3,950 nucleotides of DNA, taken from the IMG/VR virus record IMGVR_UViG_2671180755_000021; one strand, 5' to 3'. The notes below the pieces were generated by a model. That model made no database searches. It saw only the letters and a list, made by a program, of their open reading frames with translations, and was not told the DNA's origin. This DNA is from a virus. Taxonomy: Duplodnaviria > Heunggongvirae > Uroviricota > Caudoviricetes. Numbering within the stretch: the stretch's first letter is position 1; every line of letters starts with the position of its first letter. Below, one piece after another: positions 1 through 3,950 of the stretch. The position numbers were made by a program, and so were the translations under genes.

Positions 1-1119
1 TCAAATAACCAACTTAACCCATTCCTGACCTCGAGTATCGTTATAGCGATCGGTGGTTGCCTGGACTTTATGTCCTAGTAATGTTTTTGTATCGATACCC
101 TGTGCACGGTACAGCCGTTCTGATAGAGAGCGTTGTTCATGAAATGTTGGCGGAGTTTTTCCTGCTGGTGGAATTACCCCAGCCAGATCCCGTGCTTTGG
201 CAAAGTAGTCGCTCAGGTTGTCTTTACTCATCGGCTTCGGTTGTTTCTGGTGCCGACTATGGATTAGATATGGACTTAATATTCTGTCTCGGCACCCATC
301 AATAACTTCTTTTAACGTTATCCCAATGGCATCACAGCGTAGTGTAAGCGGTAACGCCAGACGCATTCCGGTTTTTCCCTGGGTGATATGCAAGTGTTCG
401 TTCCACACATCTGAAAAACGCATGTGGCAAATGTCATCACGGCGCTGACCAGTAACAATCGCAAGAAGCATTGCGTTACGGATAAAGTGTTTTTCAGGCG
501 TTGCATTGTAAATTTTTTGCCAGTCTTCCATGGTGAGCCTGGCTCTGGTTACTTTAGGGATCGGTTTACGGGTAGCCTCCGGAGGATTCCATCCAGGAGG
601 AACTTCCCCTGCATGCTGTGCTTCTTTATAAATATCAACCCATAATCCACGATTTACTCTCGCTGTACTGACCATGTCTTTATCCAGCCACTCATCCAGT
701 ATTAATGCAAAGTCTCTTACTTCCAGTTCTTTCAATGGGTGGTTTCCCAGACGGGAAACCAGGTATGCAGCCATTCGAGTTTTTTCTTTGTGAGTTGTAG
801 CTGCAATATCTCCATTTTTCAGTCGCGTGTCCTGTATTTTCAGATATCGATCAACCCATGCCTTTAATCTGATACCCCGACGTTTTGTTGCTGACGGACT
901 TTCATCAATTTTGCGCATGAAATATTCAGCTTCTGCTGCAGCTATTCGCTGATTGGCTGTGGAAGCGATTTTTTCTGCCTTACCTTTGTCTGTTCCGAGT
1001 CCGTGAAATTTTCCAGTCACAGGATTTTTATACTGGTAGTAAACTCTGCCAGTTCTGCGATCAAACTTTTCGTAAAGACCGGCTACGTCAGTGCTGTTTT
1101 TTCGTGGCCTCGGTGACAT
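1..1119 (-). CDS. int: Lambda-family phage integrase (tyrosine recombinase), complete, 372 aa
   Basis: Uninterrupted 372-codon minus-strand ORF, ATG at 1117-1119, TGA at 1-3. C-terminal half shows the lambda Int catalytic motifs by eye: TGQRRDD (Arg), QGKTG (Lys), TFHEQRSLSERLY (His-x-x-Arg), LLGHK (His), TDRYND (Tyr). N-terminus (YYQYKNPVTGKFHGLGTDK) resembles the lambda Int arm-binding region. Confidence 0.9.
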   Translation of the reverse strand: MSPRPRKNSTDVAGLYEKFDRRTGRVYYQYKNPVTGKFHGLGTDKGKAEKIASTANQRIAAAEAEYFMRKIDESPSATKRRGIRLKAWVDRYLKIQDTRLKNGDIAATTHKEKTRMAAYLVSRLGNHPLKELEVRDFALILDEWLDKDMVSTARVNRGLWVDIYKEAQHAGEVPPGWNPPEATRKPIPKVTRARLTMEDWQKIYNATPEKHFIRNAMLLAIVTGQRRDDICHMRFSDVWNEHLHITQGKTGMRLALPLTLRCDAIGITLKEVIDGCRDRILSPYLIHSRHQKQPKPMSKDNLSDYFAKARDLAGVIPPAGKTPPTFHEQRSLSERLYRAQGIDTKTLLGHKVQATTDRYNDTRGQEWVKLVI

Positions 1120-1357
1120 GAGTTAAAATCTCCTTCAGTGCATCATCATCGCCAGTATGAATTTCCGGCGCAATTCCCGTTTCACCAGGCCCAACAAATA
1201 CTGCTCGGCGATCTATCAGCCAACGCCCACGAATTTTTTGTGGTCTTGGAACGATGTATCCTAGTTTTCCGTATTTCACCAGGGTAGTGTTTGTTATTGG
1301 GAGACTGAACCGTTTTGGTTTCCACTCGTCGAGCGTTATCAGGTACTGTTCGCTCAT
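1088..1357 (-). CDS. xis: Excisionase (Xis-like), 89 aa
   Basis: Small minus-strand ORF directly upstream of int, 3-prime end overlapping the int start by 32 nt. N-terminus MSEQYLITLDEW resembles lambda Xis MYLTLQEW. GGAG lies 8 nt upstream of the ATG at 1355-1357. The ORF track's GTG start at 1364-1366 has no Shine-Dalgarno and is less likely. Confidence 0.75.
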   Translation of the reverse strand: MSEQYLITLDEWKPKRFSLPITNTTLVKYGKLGYIVPRPQKIRGRWLIDRRAVFVGPGETGIAPEIHTGDDDALKEILTHVTEATKKQH

Positions 1358-1375
1358 GGCTATCACTCCGGAACG

Positions 1376-1407
1376 CGCCAGTTGCAGAATATCAACGACA
1401 ACTGGCG
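1376..1407. repeat. 9-bp perfect inverted repeat CGCCAGTTG-N14-CAACTGGCG just upstream of xis
   Basis: Read directly: CGCCAGTTG at 1376-1384 and its exact reverse complement CAACTGGCG at 1399-1407, 14-nt spacer. About 20 nt upstream of the xis ribosome-binding site on the minus strand. Function unknown (protein-binding site or RNA hairpin). Confidence 0.5.
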
Positions 1408-1451
1408 ACGGTTGAACATTAAAAATCAGCCTGACTCGGGATCAGTTTTTG

Positions 1452-1576
1452 NNNNNNNNNNNNNNNNNNNNNNNNNNNNNNNNNNNNNNNNNNNNNNNNN
1501 NNNNNNNNNNNNNNNNNNNNNNNNNNNNNNNNNNNNNNNNNNNNNNNNNNNNNNNNNNNNNNNNNNNNNNNNNNNN
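1452..1576. other. Run of 125 N (assembly gap or masked sequence)
   Basis: Bases 1452-1576 are all n. Any ORF or motif called across this interval is unsupported. Confidence 1.
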
Positions 1577-1585
1577 TGCTTAAGC

Positions 1586-1600
1586 CACCATTTAATGGTG
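1586..1600. repeat. 15-bp palindrome CACCATT-T-AATGGTG next to the N gap
   Basis: Read directly: CACCATT (1586-1592), T (1593), AATGGTG (1594-1600); the arms are exact reverse complements. Lies in the presumed upstream region of the orphan plus-strand gene. Confidence 0.4.
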
Positions 1601-1668
1601 TCCCTCGCCGTGTGCTTTCGTGTTGTGTGCCTGCTTTTTACCACGTCAGGCGAGGTGGTCCCCGTTAT

Positions 1669-1714
1669 TCCCCAACAACAAGGATCTTGTTAATCTGGAT
1701 ATCCCCAACAACAA
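1669..1714 (+). repeat. Two perfect 13-bp direct repeats TCCCCAACAACAA, 33 bp apart, upstream of the orphan gene
   Basis: TCCCCAACAACAA at 1669-1681 and again at 1702-1714. The interval between contains a GATC and GATATC. Candidate regulatory sites for the downstream gene; no protein assigned. Confidence 0.5.
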
Positions 1715-1728
1715 TAAGAGTATTGAAT

Positions 1729-2244
1729 GTGATCGCTGAATTAACGGCAGCAATGACGGCTATTCGTGAAACCGCCCAGATTGCAAAACTAATGAACGAG
1801 GCAAAAACTCAAGCTGAAGTAAATGCGGCTATTGGTGAACTGAACTCAAAGCTTGCATCTATTCAGCGCGAATGCGTGTCTCTCGTTGAGCTGGTGGGCA
1901 CTTATCAAGAAATAAATGCTTCTCTCAAAGCTAAAATTGCAGAATTTGAAAACTTTGAGGCTCAGACGGAAGGTTATATCCTTAGCCAACTTGAGTCGGG
2001 AACTTTTGTGTACTCGAAGGAGGTAACCGTGAACGGCGGCAGCATAATCATGCATCTTTGTCCAAAATGTTTTGGACAAAAGATAGTATCGATACTTCAG
2101 CCATTCCCGGTTAGAGAATATGAATTTTTTCATAAAAGCAGGTGCCTGTACTGTGAAAATCAGTTTCTTATGAATAAAAATCCGGATTACGTATCACCTC
2201 CATCTATTGAAGAGTTGGCCAGAAAACTGAACGGCAATCTGTAG
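1729..2244 (+). CDS. Hypothetical protein: N-terminal coiled-coil plus C-terminal C-x2-C-x24-C-x2-C zinc ribbon (171 aa from GTG 1729, or 163 aa from ATG 1753)
   Basis: Long plus-strand ORF ending at TAG 2242-2244. N-terminal ~90 aa is alanine/glutamate/lysine-rich and heptad-like (TAIRETAQIAKLMNEAKTQAEVNAAIGELNSKLASIQRE...). C-terminal part carries CPKC and CLYC 24 residues apart. AAGAG lies 8 nt upstream of GTG 1729. The track's extension back to GTG 1612 translates to R/P/C-rich low-complexity text and is probably non-coding. Not recognised as any named family. Confidence 0.65.
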   Translation: MIAELTAAMTAIRETAQIAKLMNEAKTQAEVNAAIGELNSKLASIQRECVSLVELVGTYQEINASLKAKIAEFENFEAQTEGYILSQLESGTFVYSKEVTVNGGSIIMHLCPKCFGQKIVSILQPFPVREYEFFHKSRCLYCENQFLMNKNPDYVSPPSIEELARKLNGNL

Positions 2245-2358
2245 ATTTTTACTGTTATGGATATCCAGATTGTTAAAGAGCATGCCGGATGCTTGCTTGT
2301 GTCCGGCGCGTGTGCACCACTCTCCCCCCGTGGAGGATTCCTTAATTACCAGATTTCA

Positions 2359-2589
2359 TTAGTCAGAGTTTCTTGCTAACCAGCGACGCGCGCCAGATTC
2401 GGTTTTAAACGTTTTGCTTTTGGTATACGTCATCGCGGTGAACGTGCCGTCCTGGTTGGGAAACACGCCGCACACCAGAGATTCGTTGTTGCCAAGATCA
2501 AGAGTATCCATGCTGACCTCATATCCCCTTAACGCCGGGGTAGCGGAACAAAAACCTGCTGCATAGTTAAAGTTGAACCCTGCCGTCAT
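2359..2589 (-). CDS. Hypothetical small protein (76 aa), first gene downstream of the PL-like promoter
   Basis: Minus-strand ORF, ATG at 2587-2589, TAA at 2359-2361, with GAGG 9 nt upstream of the ATG. About 95 nt downstream of the predicted leftward promoter at 2690-2718. No recognisable motif. Confidence 0.6.
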   Translation of the reverse strand: MTAGFNFNYAAGFCSATPALRGYEVSMDTLDLGNNESLVCGVFPNQDGTFTAMTYTKSKTFKTESGARRWLARNSD

Positions 2590-2689
2590 GTTCTTACGCC
2601 TCGGGCTGGCTACTTAATCCCTGACCACTGCCGGGTAACTCTAGGTATTGCCCTGTATTGTGTGGGACGGGATGGGTTGGTATGGGAAA

Positions 2690-2718
2690 ACTATAGGAAA
2701 TGCCTAATTGCTTGTCAA
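2690..2718 (-). promoter_or_regulatory. PL-like leftward sigma-70 promoter, TTGACA-17-TATAGT
   Basis: On the minus strand: -35 TTGACA (plus coords 2713-2718), 17-nt spacer, -10 TATAGT (plus coords 2690-2695). Faces the 76-aa gene and is overlapped by operator-like sites. Confidence 0.6.
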
Positions 2719-2731
2719 TAGGCTACGCCTA
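2694..2731. promoter_or_regulatory. Left operator cluster (OL-like): two TAGGC-N3-GCCTA-type sites
   Basis: TAGGAAATGCCTA at 2694-2706 (one mismatch; overlaps spacer and -10) and TAGGCTACGCCTA at 2719-2731 (perfect; abuts the -35). Same half-sites as the cluster between racR and ydaS. A weaker relative TAGGTATTGCCCT lies at 2642-2654. Confidence 0.55.
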
Positions 2732-2790
2732 ATGATTTGGGTGCGACCTAATAGGTGATGGTTTGTGGGAGAGGTAGTAGGAGTTAACTA

Positions 2791-2812
2791 ACGGGAACTA
2801 GGAATTTCCCGT
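2791..2812 (-). terminator. Possible weak terminator hairpin just downstream of the racR-like stop
   Basis: ACGGGAA (2791-2797), 8-nt loop, TTCCCGT (2806-2812): 7-bp perfect stem, 15 nt past the repressor stop. No clean U-tract follows on the minus strand, so an intrinsic-terminator call is weak. Confidence 0.2.
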
Positions 2813-2826
2813 CGGACCATATAAGT

Positions 2827-3303
2827 TTAAGTTCCTGTCTTGGTGATGTTCTGGCTTTTCCGTTTTGATTCTTGATTTTTCAGATAGTTAGCTACCTTCA
2901 TTTCCATTGCGGCAATGTAGGCACGAACGTCATGATCAACCCAACTAGGCTCCGTAGCATTTCCAGATAAGAGGAAAGCCACAATTGCTCTTTTTTCATC
3001 AGAGGCGGCTTGATAAAGGCTGTTTATGTCTAAAAGTTCACTTTTTGTATCTGAAGTGGATGGGGTTGGTATGGGGTATTCGTTAAGCCCCCAATGCTCT
3101 GGACCAACCACATCAGAAAAGAAACGCCATAGTTCTGGAAGTTTGTCTTTACTTATCGAACCTTTCTTAATCCAGTCATGGATTGATGGTGGTTGGACTT
3201 TGAAATGACGTGCGATTTCCGCCTTTGATTTGACGGCTCCTGATGCAATTTTTTTGTTAATGGCCTGCTCTATCGCTCGGCCTAAGTCTTTACCACTAAG
3301 CAT
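2827..3303 (-). CDS. racR: RacR-like prophage repressor (HTH DNA-binding protein), 158 aa
   Basis: Minus-strand ORF, ATG 3301-3303, TAA 2827-2829, AGGAGA about 11 nt upstream. N-terminal HTH-like segment (SKAEIARHFKVQPPSIHDWIKKGSISKDKLPELW). Divergent from a YdaS/YdaT-like pair, matching the racR-ydaS-ydaT organisation and the 158-aa length I recall for E. coli K-12 RacR. Symbol assigned from memory of that organisation, not from a search. Confidence 0.8.
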   Translation of the reverse strand: MLSGKDLGRAIEQAINKKIASGAVKSKAEIARHFKVQPPSIHDWIKKGSISKDKLPELWRFFSDVVGPEHWGLNEYPIPTPSTSDTKSELLDINSLYQAASDEKRAIVAFLLSGNATEPSWVDHDVRAYIAAMEMKVANYLKNQESKRKSQNITKTGT

Positions 3304-3332
3304 TGCTTAATAGTCTCCTATGCGCATCGCAT

Positions 3333-3396
3333 TAGGCAATACCTACTCTCGAAGCGTTAGGCATAGCCTATTGACAATTGCATTAGGCTAAGCCTA
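3333..3396. promoter_or_regulatory. Right operator cluster (OR-like): three TAGGC-N3-GCCTA-type sites at 25-26 bp spacing
   Basis: O1 TAGGCAATACCTA 3333-3345 (one mismatch), O2 TAGGCATAGCCTA 3358-3370 (perfect), O3 TAGGCTAAGCCTA 3384-3396 (perfect). O3 sits inside the 17-bp palindrome ATTAGGCTAAGCCTAAT (3382-3398). Confidence 0.6.
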
Positions 3397-3400
3397 ATAT
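3371..3400 (+). promoter_or_regulatory. PR-like rightward sigma-70 promoter, TTGACA-18-TAATAT, for ydaS-ydaT
   Basis: -35 TTGACA at 3371-3376, 18-nt spacer, -10 TAATAT at 3395-3400. O2 abuts the -35 and O3 overlaps the spacer and -10. The ydaS start is about 28 nt downstream. Confidence 0.6.
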
Positions 3401-3427
3401 TATTGTGTGTTTTTTGGAGTTCATTCG

Positions 3428-3751
3428 ATGAAAAAAGATAACTATTCATTCAAACGAGCTTGTGCTGTTGTCGGTGGGCAATCAGCAATGGCTAGGCTTT
3501 TAGGTGTATCTCCTCCAAGCGTAAATCAATGGATCAAAGGTGTACGTCAGTTGCCTGCTGAGAGATGTCCTGCGATTGAACGAGCAACAAAAGGTGGTGT
3601 CCTGTGTGAAGAACTTCGTCCTGATGTTGATTGGACATACTTACGACGCTCGTCATGTTATTCGCAGAATATGTCGATGAAGCAACCAAATGACGAAAAC
3701 GATCATACCCGAAGCATCAAGAGGCAAATGATTCATGAAAATCAAACATGA
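3428..3751 (+). CDS. ydaS: YdaS-like Cro-type HTH protein, 107 aa
   Basis: ATG at 3428 with GGAG 8 nt upstream; TGA at 3749-3751. Segment SAMARLLGVSPPSVNQWIKGVRQLPAERCPAIE matches the Cro/YdaS-type HTH pattern as I recall it. The track's GTG start at 3407 has no ribosome-binding site and is unlikely. Confidence 0.8.
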   Translation: MKKDNYSFKRACAVVGGQSAMARLLGVSPPSVNQWIKGVRQLPAERCPAIERATKGGVLCEELRPDVDWTYLRRSSCYSQNMSMKQPNDENDHTRSIKRQMIHENQT

Positions 3752-3950
3752 GCACATCCGCATGGCGATGAATGCCTGGGCATATCCTGATGGTGAGAAA
3801 GTTCCTGCAGCTGAAATAGCCCGGACTTATTTCGAACTGGGGATGACGTTCCCGGAACTGTACGACGACAGCCATCCGGAAGCCCTGGCTCGTAATACCC
3901 AGAAAATTTTCCGTTGGCTGGATAAAGACACCCCTGATGCTGTTGAAAAA
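3735..3950 (+). CDS. ydaT: YdaT-like protein, 5-prime partial (first 72 codons; runs off window end)
   Basis: ATG at 3735-3737 opens a frame with no stop through 3950 (MKIKHEHIRMAMNAWAYPDGEKVPAAEIARTYFELGMTFPELYDDSHPEALARNTQKIFRWLDKDTPDAVEK). Overlaps the ydaS 3-prime end by 17 nt. MKIKHEH matches my recollection of the K-12 YdaT N-terminus. Absent from the ORF track because it is open-ended. Confidence 0.65.
   Translation, partial: MKIKHEHIRMAMNAWAYPDGEKVPAAEIARTYFELGMTFPELYDDSHPEALARNTQKIFRWLDKDTPDAVEK

Noticed and set aside
57-645. Plus-strand ORFs 57-305, 218-448, 424-645 and minus-strand ORF 318-506
   Set aside because: All lie inside the well-supported integrase gene, on the opposite strand or out of frame, with low-complexity translations and no ribosome-binding sites.
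1358-1366. GTG 1364-1366 as the xis start
   Set aside because: The GGAG Shine-Dalgarno is correctly spaced for the ATG at 1355-1357, not for the GTG.
1641-1658. Hairpin ACCAC-N10-GTGGT preceded by a T-run, as a terminator
   Set aside because: The T-run precedes rather than follows the stem on the plus strand and becomes an A-run on the minus strand, so it does not fit an intrinsic terminator in either direction.
1382-1693. ORFs 1382-1693 (+) and 1426-1644 (-) spanning the N run
   Set aside because: Most of their length is translated N (X residues), so they are artefacts of reading through the gap.
1612-1728. Upstream extension of the orphan gene to GTG 1612
   Set aside because: Translation here is R/P/C-rich low-complexity text and contains the direct repeats and palindrome, so it looks non-coding. 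GTG 1729 (AAGAG 8 nt upstream) or ATG 1753 are more plausible starts.
1846-2133. Minus-strand ORF of 95 aa
   Set aside because: Entirely antisense to the orphan coiled-coil gene; lysine/phenylalanine-rich translation typical of the reverse strand of an A+T-rich gene; no upstream signals.
1729-2244. Calling the orphan protein a DksA/TraR-family member
   Set aside because: Architecture is loosely similar, but the Cys spacing (24 residues) differs from the DksA/TraR C4 finger as I recall it, and I see no DksA-like acidic coiled-coil tip. Left as unassigned.
2746-2756. ACCTA-A-TAGGT palindrome as a third left operator
   Set aside because: Half-sites are in the opposite relative orientation and spacing to the TAGGC-N3-GCCTA sites, so it is unlikely to bind the same dimer in the same way.
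3026-3208. Plus-strand ORF of 60 aa
   Set aside because: Lies wholly within the RacR-like repressor gene on the opposite strand.
3407-3427. GTG 3407 as the ydaS start
   Set aside because: No ribosome-binding site, and it lies inside the promoter-proximal leader; ATG 3428 has GGAG at ideal spacing.
1-3950. tRNA, rRNA, CRISPR array, IS element or transposase
   Set aside because: No cloverleaf-like tRNA candidates, no repeat-spacer periodicity, no terminal inverted repeats flanking a transposase-like ORF. Any tRNA-borne att site would lie left of base 1, outside the window.

Overview
This 3950-bp window reads as the integration and immunity end of a Rac-like lambdoid prophage from an enterobacterial (E. 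coli-like) genome. Left to right: a complete lambda-family tyrosine integrase on the minus strand (stop codon at bases 1-3) with an overlapping excisionase; a 125-nt run of N (1452-1576) that hides the sequence between xis and the next gene; an orphan plus-strand gene for a coiled-coil plus C4 zinc-ribbon protein that I cannot assign to any named family, the best candidate for novel cargo; a small leftward gene behind a near-consensus PL-like promoter; a 158-aa RacR-like HTH repressor flanked by two operator clusters sharing TAGGC-N3-GCCTA sites in a mirror-image layout; and a divergent YdaS-like Cro-type gene overlapping the 5-prime end of a YdaT-like gene that runs off the right edge. No tRNA, rRNA, CRISPR array or IS element is visible. 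All homology statements come from reading the translations by eye; no database search was possible.
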